64,000 nucleotides of DNA from Candidatus Aminicenantes bacterium (GTDB lineage: Bacteria; Acidobacteriota; Aminicenantia; Aminicenantales; JAFGBC01): positions 2,368,001-2,432,000 of the forward strand of contig OY969696.1 in the NCBI GenBank assembly GCA_963702005.1. The letters are read 5' to 3'. The notes beneath the pieces are model-generated. The model searched no databases. It worked only from the letters and a program-made list of their open reading frames with translations, and was not told the origin of the DNA. A program made the translations under genes and the position numbers. This document shows positions 35,941 to 45,709 of this stretch, piece by piece. Numbering within the stretch: the stretch's first letter is position 1; every line of letters begins with the position of its first letter.

Positions 35941-37620
35941 ATGAATAGACAAAGACTCGCGGCCGTCCTGGCCGCGGCCGTTCTTCTGACGGCCGGCCAC
36001 GGCTGTCGACAAGGAGGGACCATGGCGGACCTGATCTTGACCAACGCCTCCGTTTGGACGGTGGACCCGGATCGGCCCTGGGCGGAAGCCGTGGCCGTTC
36101 GGGATGGGATAATCCTCCGGGTCGGGAGCGCCAAGGAGGTCCGGGCCTGGGCCGGGCCCGCCAAGGAAACGATCGACCTCAAGGGCGGACTCGTCCTGCC
36201 CGGATTCATCGACAGCCACACCCATTTTCTGACCGGCGGTTTCGCCCTCTCCAGCGTTCAGCTCAGGGACGTTACAACCCGCGAAGAGTTCAGGGCTCGG
36301 CTTGCGGCCAAGGTCAAGACTCTCGAGCCGGGCGAATGGATCCTGAACGGAGACTGGGACCATCAATCGTTCTCGCCGCCCGAGCTTCCGACCAAGGCCT
36401 GGATCGACGACCTGACGCCCGCGAATCCGGTCTGCGTCACGCGCTTCGACGGCCATATGGCCCTCGTGAATTCCCTGGCTCTTAAGCGGGCCGGGATCAG
36501 CCGGGCGACGGCGGCCCCGGCCGGCGGGGAGATCCTCAAGGATCCCGTATCCGGCGAGCCGACCGGAATCCTAAAGGACGCGGCCATGGAACTTGTCGCC
36601 GGCCTCGTTCCCGAGCCTTCTTTCAAGGAGCGGCTGCGGGCGGCCGAGGCGGCCCTCCGCCTCGCCGCGGAGCTGGGATTGACCTCGATCCACGACATGT
36701 CCGACGCCGGGAGCTTCGAGGCCTACCAGGAGCTGTGGCGGCGGAACGCGCTGACGGCCCGGCTGTCCGTCTACATCCCCATCACCGAAGTCGATCTCCT
36801 TGTCCGGCTGAGGCTGCGGGGACCGTTCGGAGACGACCGCTTGAAGCTCGCCGGCCTCAAAGGGTTCGTGGACGGCTCGCTGGGCTCGGCCACGGCCTAC
36901 TTTTTCGAGCCCTACAGCGACGACCCGACGACGAGCGGGCTTCTCAACGCCCAGATGTTCCCCGAAGGGATCATGGAGAAGAGGATTCTTGAAGCGGACC
37001 GGGCCGGACTCCAGGTCGCCGTCCATGCCATCGGAGACCGCGCCAACGCCATGCTCCTCGACATCTACGAGAGGTCCATGGCCGCGAACGGGCCGCGCGA
37101 CAGGCGGTGGCGGATCGAGCACGCCCAGCACCTCAGGCCGGAGGACATCGTCCGGATGGGCCGGCTCGGCATCATCGGTTCGGTCCAGCCCTACCACGCC
37201 ATTGACGACGGCCGCTGGGCGGAGAAGAAAATCGGGAAGGAGCGCTGCCGGACGACCTACGCCTTCCGCTCCCTCCTGGATCGAGGAGTGACGCTCGCCA
37301 TGGGTTCGGATTGGACGGTCGCCCCCCTCGACCCGTTGACCGGCATCTATGCGGCCGTGACCCGGGCGACCCTGGACGGCAAGAATCCGGGCGGCTGGTT
37401 CCCCGAGCAGAAGATCAGCGTCGAGGAGGCGATCCGCGGCTTCACGATGGGCGGCGCCTACGCCGAATTCGCCGAAGCCCGCAAGGGCTCGATCAGCGAG
37501 GGCAAGCTCGCCGACCTGGTCGTCCTCGACCGGAACATCCTCAAGGAGAGCCCCGAGCGGATCAAGGACGCCCGGGTGATCCTGACCATCCTGGGCGGGA
37601 AGGTCGTATTCGGGAAGTAG
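35941..37620 (+). CDS. YtcJ-like amidohydrolase (probable lipoprotein)
   Basis: Lipobox-like AGHGC, PGFIDSHTH, KGFVDGSLGS, VHAIGDRA, RIEHAQ, GSDW and GKLADLVVLD. Confidence 0.9.
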   Translation: MNRQRLAAVLAAAVLLTAGHGCRQGGTMADLILTNASVWTVDPDRPWAEAVAVRDGIILRVGSAKEVRAWAGPAKETIDLKGGLVLPGFIDSHTHFLTGGFALSSVQLRDVTTREEFRARLAAKVKTLEPGEWILNGDWDHQSFSPPELPTKAWIDDLTPANPVCVTRFDGHMALVNSLALKRAGISRATAAPAGGEILKDPVSGEPTGILKDAAMELVAGLVPEPSFKERLRAAEAALRLAAELGLTSIHDMSDAGSFEAYQELWRRNALTARLSVYIPITEVDLLVRLRLRGPFGDDRLKLAGLKGFVDGSLGSATAYFFEPYSDDPTTSGLLNAQMFPEGIMEKRILEADRAGLQVAVHAIGDRANAMLLDIYERSMAANGPRDRRWRIEHAQHLRPEDIVRMGRLGIIGSVQPYHAIDDGRWAEKKIGKERCRTTYAFRSLLDRGVTLAMGSDWTVAPLDPLTGIYAAVTRATLDGKNPGGWFPEQKISVEEAIRGFTMGGAYAEFAEARKGSISEGKLADLVVLDRNILKESPERIKDARVILTILGGKVVFGK

Positions 37621-37691
37621 ACCGGGCCGGCGGGCCGCCCGCGAAATTGATAAATACCTGAGAACCGTCTAAAATAAGCCGACCCCGGACC

Positions 37692-38387
37692 ATGGAGCAG
37701 AATGATCTCTTCCCGCCCGCGGCCGGACACATCGGGACCGACGAATCCGGCAAGGGGGATTATTTCGGTCCGCTCGTCATTGCCGGGGTCTTCGTCCCCG
37801 ACGGCCAGACGGCCGTCTTGAGAGAACTCGGCGTCAGGGACAGCAAGAAGATCAGCGACGGGCGCGTCCAGAAGCTGGCCGCCCTGATCAAAACGGGCTA
37901 TCTTCATTCCGTAGTCGCCATCGGCCCCGAGCGCTACAACGACCTCTACGGCAAGCTGCGCAACCTGAACCGGATCCTGGCCTGGGGCCATGCCCGCGTC
38001 ATCGAGAACATTCTGGAGCGCGTCGATTGCCGGCTCGCCATCGCCGATCGCTTCGGGGAGGAAGGCTTCATCATCGACGCCCTGCTCAGGAAGGGCAAGA
38101 GGATCGAGCTCGTCCAGAAGGTCCGGGCCGAGGAGGACGCGGCCGTGGCCGGCGCCTCGATCCTGGCCCGGGCCGAGTTCCTCCAAAAGCTCCGGGCCCT
38201 ATCGCTCGAAGTCGACCTCGAGCTTCCCAAGGGCGCCTCGCCGCTCGTCGAGGAAGCCGGGATCAAGCTTGTCGAACGGCAGGGCGGCGATAGCCTGGGC
38301 CGGGTCGCCAAGCTCCACTTCAAGAACACGGCCCGCATTCTCGATTCCGTCCGGGACGGCAGAGACCGAACCGGGAAGCCGGCCTGA
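37692..38387 (+). CDS. rnhC: ribonuclease HIII (no N-terminal TBP-like domain)
   Basis: IGTDESGKGDYFGPLV, GVRDSK, YN..Y....NLN.ILAWGH, VAGASILAR, LPKGAS and AKLHF. Confidence 0.88.
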   Translation: MEQNDLFPPAAGHIGTDESGKGDYFGPLVIAGVFVPDGQTAVLRELGVRDSKKISDGRVQKLAALIKTGYLHSVVAIGPERYNDLYGKLRNLNRILAWGHARVIENILERVDCRLAIADRFGEEGFIIDALLRKGKRIELVQKVRAEEDAAVAGASILARAEFLQKLRALSLEVDLELPKGASPLVEEAGIKLVERQGGDSLGRVAKLHFKNTARILDSVRDGRDRTGKPA

Positions 38388-38412
38388 GAGGACGCGGACA
38401 GGACAACCGCCC

Positions 38413-39630
38413 GTGGACGCCGTACTCAAGATCGCAGTCATCATTCTCGTCCTGCTTTTTCTCGTCCGCAAGAAGTGGGACCTGGGCCTTATCTTGGTCC
38501 TCGACGCCGTCCTGGCCGCCGTCTTGTACCGGATGCCGGTCCTTGCCTTTTTAAAGAATGCGGGCAGCGCCCTCATCGCGGGCGAAACGCTTATCCTGCT
38601 GGGGGTCATCATCCTCGTCCTCTACCTGGGGAACTTCCTTCAGGTCGGGGGCCATTTCCGGGAGATGGTCGATGCCCTCAAAAACCTCGTTCGCGATCCC
38701 CGTTTGATCCTGGCCATCCCTTCGGCTTTTATCGGGCTTCTGCCCATGATGGCCGGCGCCATGATGGGAGCGCCGATCGTTGAGGAAGCGGCCCGGCGCT
38801 GGAATCTGTCGCCGGCCTGGAAAACATTCTATAACTACTGGTTTCGGCATATCTGGGAATACAGCTGGCCCCTCTACCTGAACTTGATCATGGCTGCGGC
38901 CATCGTCAAGGTTCCGATCGGCCGCGTTTCCCTCGTTCAATTCCCGTTTACGATCCTGGCCGCCGCGACGGGCTTGGTCGTCCTCTTCCGGCGCGTTCCC
39001 TTCCAGCCCAACGACAGGGAGGTCCGAGGAAATCCCAGGGACGTGGTCCGCGTCTTTTTCAGCATCTGGCCCATCCTGCTGACGATCGTCCTCATCTTCG
39101 CCCTCCGGCTCGATATGCTCATCGCGCTCGCAATCGCGAGCCTGTTGACCCTCATCCTGACCCGTCTTCCCATCAAGGAAAGGCTCCGACTTCTCCTCAC
39201 CAGCACCACCCCCCGGATCATCGTCCTGATCGGGGCCCTCATGGTTTTCAAGCGGATCCTGGAGGCTTCGGGCGCGCTCGATTCCGTGGTCAAGGCTTTC
39301 CCGCCCCGGGGGATCGCGGCCTATATTCTGCTCTTCGCGGCGCCGTTCTTCATCGGCTTGCTGACCGGCGTCAACCAGGCCTTCGTCGCCATCGCCTTCC
39401 CGCTTCTTGTCCCGATCATCGGCACGGGGCGTCCCGACATGGTCTTGCTCATGTTCGCCTACGTGAGCGGGTTCGCGGGCATCCTCCTCTCGCCGGCCCA
39501 TCTCTGCCTGGTCCTGACGGCCGAATATTTCCGGGCGCCGCTCAAGAACGTCTACCGCGTCCTCATCGGCCCGGTCTGCGTCATCTTCGGGGCCGCTCTC
39601 TTGGCGCTCATCGTCTTGCGTGTGCTATAA
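38413..39630 (+). CDS. DUF401-family membrane protein
   Basis: IGLLPM..GA...AP, NYWFRHIWEY.WPLY and G.LLSP.HLCL motifs; multiple TM helices. GTG start 38413. Confidence 0.8.
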   Translation: MDAVLKIAVIILVLLFLVRKKWDLGLILVLDAVLAAVLYRMPVLAFLKNAGSALIAGETLILLGVIILVLYLGNFLQVGGHFREMVDALKNLVRDPRLILAIPSAFIGLLPMMAGAMMGAPIVEEAARRWNLSPAWKTFYNYWFRHIWEYSWPLYLNLIMAAAIVKVPIGRVSLVQFPFTILAAATGLVVLFRRVPFQPNDREVRGNPRDVVRVFFSIWPILLTIVLIFALRLDMLIALAIASLLTLILTRLPIKERLRLLLTSTTPRIIVLIGALMVFKRILEASGALDSVVKAFPPRGIAAYILLFAAPFFIGLLTGVNQAFVAIAFPLLVPIIGTGRPDMVLLMFAYVSGFAGILLSPAHLCLVLTAEYFRAPLKNVYRVLIGPVCVIFGAALLALIVLRVL

Positions 39631-39655
39631 AAACAAAAGAAAGGACGGCGCGGCC

Positions 39656-40834
39656 ATGACCAAACGGCTTTATTTCGAAGATCCCCGGCGGACCGAGTTC
39701 GCGGCCCGCGTCCGGCAGCGAAAGACGTTTGACGGCCGTCCGGCCCTCGTCCTCGACCAGACGGGTTTCTACCCCGAATCGGGAGGGCAGCCCTATGACC
39801 TAGGGACCATCAACGGCGTCGAAGTTGTCCAGGTCACTGAGGACGGGGAGGAGATCCTCCATGTTTTAAAAGAGGCGGTCGAAGCGGATGACGTGAGGGG
39901 GATCGTCGATTGGAAGCGCCGCTTCGACCATATGCAGCAGCATAGCGGCCAGCACATCCTATCCCAGGCCTTCGTCGAGATCCTCAAGGGCGAGACGAAA
40001 TCCTTCCATCTCGGCGCGGAGAGCTCGACCCTCGAGATCGGGATCGGGGCCGTTTCGGACGAATCGCTCGACCGCGTCGAAGGCCGGGCCAACCGGGTCG
40101 TGTTCGAGGACCGGCTCGTCAAGACCTCGTTCGTCCCCCCGGAGAGAATCGCCGAGGTCCCGCTGCGCCGGCCGCCCAAGGTCGAGGGCGTCATCCGGGT
40201 CGTCGAAGTCGAGGGCTTCGACTGGTCGGCCTGCGGGGGAACCCACGTCGGACGGACGGGAGAGATCGGCCTGATCAAAGTTACGGGCTGGGAGAGGATC
40301 CGGGGGAACCTCCGCTTCAGCTTCGTCTGCGGGGGGCGGGCTCTGGCCGAATTCCAGGTCCGGAACCGCATCGTCCGGGATCTGGTCGGCAGGTTCAACG
40401 TCCAGGTCGGAGACATCCCGGCTTCCATAGAGCGGCTCGGGGCGGAGGCCAAAGACGCCAAGAGACGGCTGAAGAAGGTCGAGGAAACGCTGGCCCGCTA
40501 CGAAGCCGGGGAACTCGTCGCGAAGGCCGAAGGCCGACTCATCAAGGCCGTTCTCGAGGAACGGAGTCCGGAGGCCGCCCGCGCCCTGGCTCTCAGCGTC
40601 GTCAGGAAGGGAGATTTCATCGCCCTTATCGGAGCGAGGTCCGCCTCCCGCAGCTATCTGGTCATGGCCCGCTCCGAATCGATCGGGATCGATCTTCGTC
40701 CGCTCGCCGCCCAGATCGCCCCGCTCATGAACGGGAAGGGCGGCGGAGGCCCCTCGCTCGTCGAGATCGCCGGCGACCTCTCCGCGGACCTGAATGCCGT
40801 TCTTCTCGCCGCCGCCGCCAAACTTAAGCTCTAG
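39656..40834 (+). CDS. AlaX-type alanyl-tRNA editing protein with DHHA1 domain
   Basis: FYPESGGQP.D.G, HMQQHSGQH (HxxxH), CGGTH and GKGGG motifs. Confidence 0.9.
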   Translation: MTKRLYFEDPRRTEFAARVRQRKTFDGRPALVLDQTGFYPESGGQPYDLGTINGVEVVQVTEDGEEILHVLKEAVEADDVRGIVDWKRRFDHMQQHSGQHILSQAFVEILKGETKSFHLGAESSTLEIGIGAVSDESLDRVEGRANRVVFEDRLVKTSFVPPERIAEVPLRRPPKVEGVIRVVEVEGFDWSACGGTHVGRTGEIGLIKVTGWERIRGNLRFSFVCGGRALAEFQVRNRIVRDLVGRFNVQVGDIPASIERLGAEAKDAKRRLKKVEETLARYEAGELVAKAEGRLIKAVLEERSPEAARALALSVVRKGDFIALIGARSASRSYLVMARSESIGIDLRPLAAQIAPLMNGKGGGGPSLVEIAGDLSADLNAVLLAAAAKLKL

Positions 40835-40839
40835 TCCGG

Positions 40840-40951
40840 TTGACCCGTTCGCCGACGCCAAGCCCCGCCTTTCAAGGCGGGGTTGAGAGCGAGGCTCAGG
40901 GTTAATCATGAACAAGCCCCGGCCTTCAGGCCGGGAAGTCGATGATTTGAC
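40840..40951. repeat. degenerate REP/IS200-IS605-end-like palindromic element
   Basis: Two similar hairpins, CCCCGCCT-TTCA-AGGCGGGG (40863-40882) and CCCGGCC-TTCA-GGCCGGG (40918-40935), each preceded by CAAG, with TTGAC at both ends and a central GCTCAGGGTT. Confidence 0.6.
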
Positions 40952-40970
40952 TATCAAGGCGATCATAGCT

Positions 40971-41234
40971 CCCGCTCTTTTATGCGCGCTGCAGAATGAG
41001 GAAACGGACATCGTCAAATGGCTCGTGGCGAAAGGGGCCGAATCTCGCCGGCCTTTCCCGTTCTGCGGGGCGATTATCTCGGTCAGAAGAAGCCGGGGAT
41101 GAAGCCGGAACTGTTCGCTCCCGGAGATGTCGCCCGATCGAAAATATATTTTCTTCGTCAGCAACCGAGACGGGAACGACGATATTTACTGGAGGGACAC
41201 AAAAATCATAGATGAGCTCAGACCGATCAGGTGA
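40971..41234 (+). pseudogene. internally deleted remnant of an ankyrin + PD40/TolB-like protein gene
   Basis: Three pieces separated by frameshifts: ankyrin-like ALLCALQNEETDIVKWLVAKGAE, then FPVLRGDYLGQKKPGMKPELFAPG, then SPDRKYIFFVSNRDGNDDIYWRDTKIIDELRPIR* (41130-41234). Confidence 0.72.
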
Positions 41235-41712
41235 TCGCGACGCGGACGAGCGTCGGGTTTAGGACACGGGCCAGGTCCGTCGGGTCAAGTCCGACCAGGA
41301 AGCCGCGCTTGCCGCCGTTGACGTAGATCGTCGGCAACTCCAAGATCGTCGCCTCGATATAAACCGGCAGCGCTTTCCGGAGACCGAACGGTGAAGTCCC
41401 TCCAACCATGTACCCGGAGTGTCTCTGGGCCGTCTCCGGCGCGCAAGGCTGAACCGTTTTAACGCCCAGGGTGCGGGCGAGCTCCTTGGTCGAGACCTCC
41501 CGGTCGCCGTGCATCAAGATGACAAAAGGCCGTTTGCCGTCATCTTCCATGACGAGCGTTTTGATGACGACGTGCTCGTCCACGCCGAACTCCTCGGCAA
41601 AGATCGCCGTCCCGCCGTGCTCGACGTAGCGGTAAACATGCTCCGTAAAAAACACTCCGGCGTCCTTGAGGACGCGAACCGCCGCCGTCGTTGGGGTTCT
41701 ATTTTTGGTCAT
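41227..41712 (-). CDS. ybaK: Cys-tRNA(Pro) deacylase
   Basis: IKTLVM, SGYMVGGTSPFG and YVNGGKRG motifs. Confidence 0.9.
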   Translation of the reverse strand: MTKNRTPTTAAVRVLKDAGVFFTEHVYRYVEHGGTAIFAEEFGVDEHVVIKTLVMEDDGKRPFVILMHGDREVSTKELARTLGVKTVQPCAPETAQRHSGYMVGGTSPFGLRKALPVYIEATILELPTIYVNGGKRGFLVGLDPTDLARVLNPTLVRVAIT

Positions 41713-41766
41713 GGCTTCGCTCCCTATAGGGAAGCCCTCTCAGAAGCTCAAGGAGCTGGGTCGACT

Positions 41767-43011
41767 TTATTCGTAGCGAAGGGAGACGATCGGGTCGAGC
41801 TTGGAGGCCTTCTGGGCCGGAAAGATCCCGAAGAACAGGCCGATCGAGATCGAGACGGCCAATCCCAGGATCACGGACCAGGGGGAGACGGCCGCCGGAA
41901 GCGGGGTGGCGGCTTTAACGACCTGGGCGATCAGGAAGCCGAGCAGGACTCCGATCAACCCCCCCGACCCGGTCAGGACGATGGCCTCGATCAGGAACTG
42001 GCGCAGGATGTCGCCGGCTCGGGCGCCGATGGCCTTTCGGATCCCGATCTCGCGGGTCCGCTCCTTGACCGAGACGAGCATGATGTTCATGACCCCGATC
42101 CCTCCGACCAGGAGGCCGATCGAGGAGATGACGATCATGACCAGGTAGGCGGCCCCGGTGATCTGGTTATAGAGGTCGAGGATCGTGTCCATGGTGAAGA
42201 CGGCGAAGTCGTTGGGCTTGTTGAAGGGGACCTTGCGCCGCTTACGGAGGAGGTTGGTTATTTCTTCGATCGTCTGGTCGATCGTCCCGTGGGTCCGGGG
42301 GATGGCCGCGATCTCGATGCTGTCTTTTTGGTAATCGAAATATTTGGTGAGCGCCGTGATCGGAATCGCCACGAAATTGTCGCGGCTTTGGCCGAATATC
42401 TGGCCCCGCTTGGCGAGGACGCCGATGACCGTGAATTTCTGGGGGCCGACCCGGATCTCCTTGCCGACCGGGCTGGTGTGAGGGAAGAGGGTCTCGGCCG
42501 TCTCGAAACCGAGCAGGCAGGACAGGGTCGCGTGGGCGACTTCGGATTCGGTCAGGAAGCGGCCTTCCTTGGGGAGGTAGAGGGCGTAGACGATGGGGAA
42601 CCTGTCGTTGATGCCCAGGATGATCGTGTTGTCGCTCTTGATATTCTCGTAGCGGACGGGGTTTTCGGCGAAGACGTTGGCCACGACGTTGACGGCGACG
42701 GCCTTGACCAGGGGGCATTCCCGCTCGATGGCCTGAACGTCCTCGTAGGTGATATCCTTTCGGGTCCGCTGCTCCTCGGTCTGGCGGCCCATCTGGAGGC
42801 CCTCATACTTGCGGATCAGGATCAGGTCGGAGCCGGCCGACTCGAGCTCGCGCAGGAAGGATTTGTTGAGGCCCTGGATGACCGAGACCATGCCGATGAC
42901 GGTCATGACCCCGATCATGATCCCGAGCAGGGTCAGGAAGGAGCGGAGCTTGTTGACCTTGAGGGAGTCCAAGGCCATGGCAAAGACCTCTTTGATGATC
43001 CCGAGTCTCAT
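41767..43011 (-). CDS. MacB/FtsX-like ABC transporter permease
   Basis: RSFLTLLGIMIGV, VGGIGVMNIMLVSV.ERTREIGIRKAIGA and GIFPA.KA..LDPI.SLRYE. Confidence 0.92.
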   Translation of the reverse strand: MRLGIIKEVFAMALDSLKVNKLRSFLTLLGIMIGVMTVIGMVSVIQGLNKSFLRELESAGSDLILIRKYEGLQMGRQTEEQRTRKDITYEDVQAIERECPLVKAVAVNVVANVFAENPVRYENIKSDNTIILGINDRFPIVYALYLPKEGRFLTESEVAHATLSCLLGFETAETLFPHTSPVGKEIRVGPQKFTVIGVLAKRGQIFGQSRDNFVAIPITALTKYFDYQKDSIEIAAIPRTHGTIDQTIEEITNLLRKRRKVPFNKPNDFAVFTMDTILDLYNQITGAAYLVMIVISSIGLLVGGIGVMNIMLVSVKERTREIGIRKAIGARAGDILRQFLIEAIVLTGSGGLIGVLLGFLIAQVVKAATPLPAAVSPWSVILGLAVSISIGLFFGIFPAQKASKLDPIVSLRYE

Positions 43012-44243
43012 TGTTCGGACCTCAGCGCGTCGATGGGGTTGAGTTTGGCGGCCTTGTTGGCCGGGTAGAGCCCGAAGAACAGCCCGATCGAGGTCGACAT
43101 CAGAATGGCGATCAGGATCGAGGCGGGCTCGGCCCGGGACGGCATCGAGGTCGCGGCCGTCACGATCTTGGAGATCCCGATCCCGAGCAGGATGCCGATG
43201 ATTCCGCCCAGGGCGGCGATGAAGGACGACTCGATCAGGAACTGGCGGAGGATGTCCTTGCGGCGGGCGCCGACGGCCATCCGAATCCCGATCTCCTTGG
43301 TCCGCTCGGTCACGGCGACCAGCATGATGTTCATGATGACGATCCCGCCCACGATCAGGGCGATCGAGGAGATGGCGATCATGGCGAAATAGATTCCCGA
43401 GGTCGCCGTCTTGTAGAACTGGATGAAGGTCTCGGAGGTCTGGAAGGAGAAATCATCCGGGTCGTTGAAGCGGCGCTTCCGCCAGGAGCGGAGGATGGTC
43501 CGGACCTCCTCCTGGGCCTGGGCCATCTCTGCCTGGGACCGGGTATGGATGTTGATGTTCAGGCTCCGGCCGCTCCCGTAAATCTTCTCGAAGGTCGTGA
43601 TCGGGATTCGGACGTAGTTGTCCTGGCTGAACCCCAGGACCTTACCTTTCTTCTTACCCAGACCGACGACCAGAAGGTTCTGGTTCCCGACCTTGAGCCA
43701 GCGGCCGATCGGGTCGAGGCCGCCGAAGACCTTTTCCCGGACGTCGGCGCCGATGACGCACACCCCCCGGGAATGGGCCTCGTCCTCCTTCTGGATATGG
43801 CGGCCGGCTTCGAGCTCGATGACCGTTCCGATCAGGTGGTCGAGATGGGTGATCCCCCGGATCTCGGTGTCCTTGAGCGTCTCGTTCCCGTACTTGACGT
43901 TCTTCTGCGTCGAGACGCTGGCCCCGACCATCTCGCAGGATTGGCAGCGGTCGCGGATGACGTCCATTTCGGCGAGGGTCAGGTCTTTGCGTTTGAGCTG
44001 TTTCTTGAATTCCTCCAGCGAGGTCCCGATCATCGAGAACTTGGAGACCGAGAAGTCGTTGGCGCCGAAAAAGGACATCTTGGTGTAGACATAGTTGTTC
44101 AGCCCTTGGATGACCGAGACGACGGCGATGATGGTCAGGACGCCGATGATGATGCCGAGCAGGGTCAGGAAGCTCCGAAGCTTGCTGCCCCACAGGGAGC
44201 CGAGGGACATGGAGATGGATTCGTTGATGTTGATGCGGCCCAT
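43008..44243 (-). CDS. MacB/FtsX-like ABC transporter permease (paralog)
   Basis: Same motif set: RSFLTLLG, VGGIVIMNIML, ERTKEIGIR and LNPIDALR. Confidence 0.92.
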   Translation of the reverse strand: MGRININESISMSLGSLWGSKLRSFLTLLGIIIGVLTIIAVVSVIQGLNNYVYTKMSFFGANDFSVSKFSMIGTSLEEFKKQLKRKDLTLAEMDVIRDRCQSCEMVGASVSTQKNVKYGNETLKDTEIRGITHLDHLIGTVIELEAGRHIQKEDEAHSRGVCVIGADVREKVFGGLDPIGRWLKVGNQNLLVVGLGKKKGKVLGFSQDNYVRIPITTFEKIYGSGRSLNINIHTRSQAEMAQAQEEVRTILRSWRKRRFNDPDDFSFQTSETFIQFYKTATSGIYFAMIAISSIALIVGGIVIMNIMLVAVTERTKEIGIRMAVGARRKDILRQFLIESSFIAALGGIIGILLGIGISKIVTAATSMPSRAEPASILIAILMSTSIGLFFGLYPANKAAKLNPIDALRSEQ

Positions 44244-44381
44244 GGTCGAGTTTCCTATTTTACTTTATTTCATACGGACCCGGCCTTAAAAGGTTTGCCC
44301 GGTCCTCCCGAGCTTGACTTGGCTCCGCGAAGTCGCCACAATGGACCCGAAGAGCGGATGATCCGTTTCCGAGGAGGAGGA

Positions 44382-44945
44382 ATGAGAAAGACGATCGGGG
44401 CTCTGCTCCTGACGGGCGTCCTGCTGGCGGCCCCGGCCGCGGCTTCGGCCCAAGCCGGCATCTACTTTGGCCTCCAGGGCGGGCTGTCCCTCCAGAAGCC
44501 GAGCCTGGAGGGCGTCGATTTCGGCACGGATACGACTTTCGTTTACGGGCTCAAGGCGGGGGTCAAGCTCTTGATGTTCGTCGTCGAGTTCCAGTATTTC
44601 CAAGCCGCCCACAACATCAGCCTCACGGATCCGACGGCCCTGGATTGGGACGGCCGGGCCGTCGAATACACCCATCTCGGCCTCAATGTCAAATATCTCT
44701 TTTCCCTGATCGTGGTCAATCCCTATCTGAGCGTCGGATACGGGTACTATGGGGCCGATATCGAGACTATCGACAAAGATAGGGTCGGAGGGTTCAACTT
44801 AGGCGCCGGTGTCGAGATCATGCTCGGAAAGAAGTTCGCGGTCGTGGCCGAAGGCCGCTACCACCACGTCAAGTTCGATATCACGAACTTGGGCCTGAAT
44901 GTCGGGGATTTCACCCTGACAGCCGGCATGAATTTCTATTTCTAG
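44382..44945 (+). CDS. small outer-membrane beta-barrel protein
   Basis: GGAGGAGG RBS, signal peptide, eight-strand pattern and C-terminal Phe (NFYF). Confidence 0.8.
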   Translation: MRKTIGALLLTGVLLAAPAAASAQAGIYFGLQGGLSLQKPSLEGVDFGTDTTFVYGLKAGVKLLMFVVEFQYFQAAHNISLTDPTALDWDGRAVEYTHLGLNVKYLFSLIVVNPYLSVGYGYYGADIETIDKDRVGGFNLGAGVEIMLGKKFAVVAEGRYHHVKFDITNLGLNVGDFTLTAGMNFYF

Positions 44946-44977
44946 CCCCGATTGCCGGGCCCGTCTGCTCTGAACCT

Positions 44978-45703
44978 ATGACGATACGGCTCAATAAGTT
45001 TCTTTCCCAGGCCGGCGTCGCCTCCCGCCGGGAAGCCGACCGGATGATCCTCAACGGCGAGGTCCGGGTCGACGGCCGAGTCGTCCAGGAGCTGGGGTCC
45101 AAGGTCGATGAGGACCGGACCCGGGTCGAGGTCAAAGGTCGGCCGGTCGTCCGTGAAGACCGCCTCGTTTACCTCGCCTTCTACAAGCCCAAAGGCGTCC
45201 TGGTCACTTTCAAGGATCCCTTGGGCCGGCCGACCATCAAGAGCCTGCTGCCCCGGCTCCGCCAGCGCGTCTTCCCGGTTGGACGTCTCGATTTCGACAG
45301 CGAAGGGCTCCTCCTGCTGACCAACGACGGCGATCTCGCCCTCCGGCTCGCCCATCCCCGCTACGAAGTCAAGAAAAAATACGTCGCCGATATTGACGGT
45401 CTCCCCGGCCCGGACGCCCTCTACCGCCTGGAAACGGGGATCATGCTCGACGGAAAGAGGACCGCGCCGGCCAAGGCCAAGCTTATGGCCGGAACCGCCA
45501 GGCGGAGCCGGCTTCTCATCGAGGTCCACGAAGGCCGCAAGCATGAAGTCCGGGGGATGTGCGAGGCCATCGGCCACCGCGTTCGCGGTTTGAAGCGGAT
45601 CGGCTTCGCGGGCCTCATGTTGGGAAGCCTCAAGCCCGGGCAGTGGCGATTTCTGGACGCCAAGGAAGTCGGAAAGCTCAAAGCGACGACCGGGACGGGC
45701 TGA
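44978..45703 (+). CDS. rRNA pseudouridine synthase (RluB/RsuA family)
   Basis: S4 domain (RLNKFL...SRREAD), YKPKG, VGRLD..SEGLLLLTNDG and EGRK.EVR.M. Confidence 0.92.
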   Translation: MTIRLNKFLSQAGVASRREADRMILNGEVRVDGRVVQELGSKVDEDRTRVEVKGRPVVREDRLVYLAFYKPKGVLVTFKDPLGRPTIKSLLPRLRQRVFPVGRLDFDSEGLLLLTNDGDLALRLAHPRYEVKKKYVADIDGLPGPDALYRLETGIMLDGKRTAPAKAKLMAGTARRSRLLIEVHEGRKHEVRGMCEAIGHRVRGLKRIGFAGLMLGSLKPGQWRFLDAKEVGKLKATTGTG

Positions 45704-45709
45704 GCGGGC

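Noticed and set aside
41767-44243. Two MacB-type permeases without an adjacent ATPase or adaptor
   Set aside because: Tandem permease pairs with partners encoded elsewhere are common.
43011-44945. 644-aa + strand ORF suggesting a large fusion protein
   Set aside because: Most of the first 457 codons are antisense to the ABC permease; the real gene starts at 44382 with an RBS and signal peptide.
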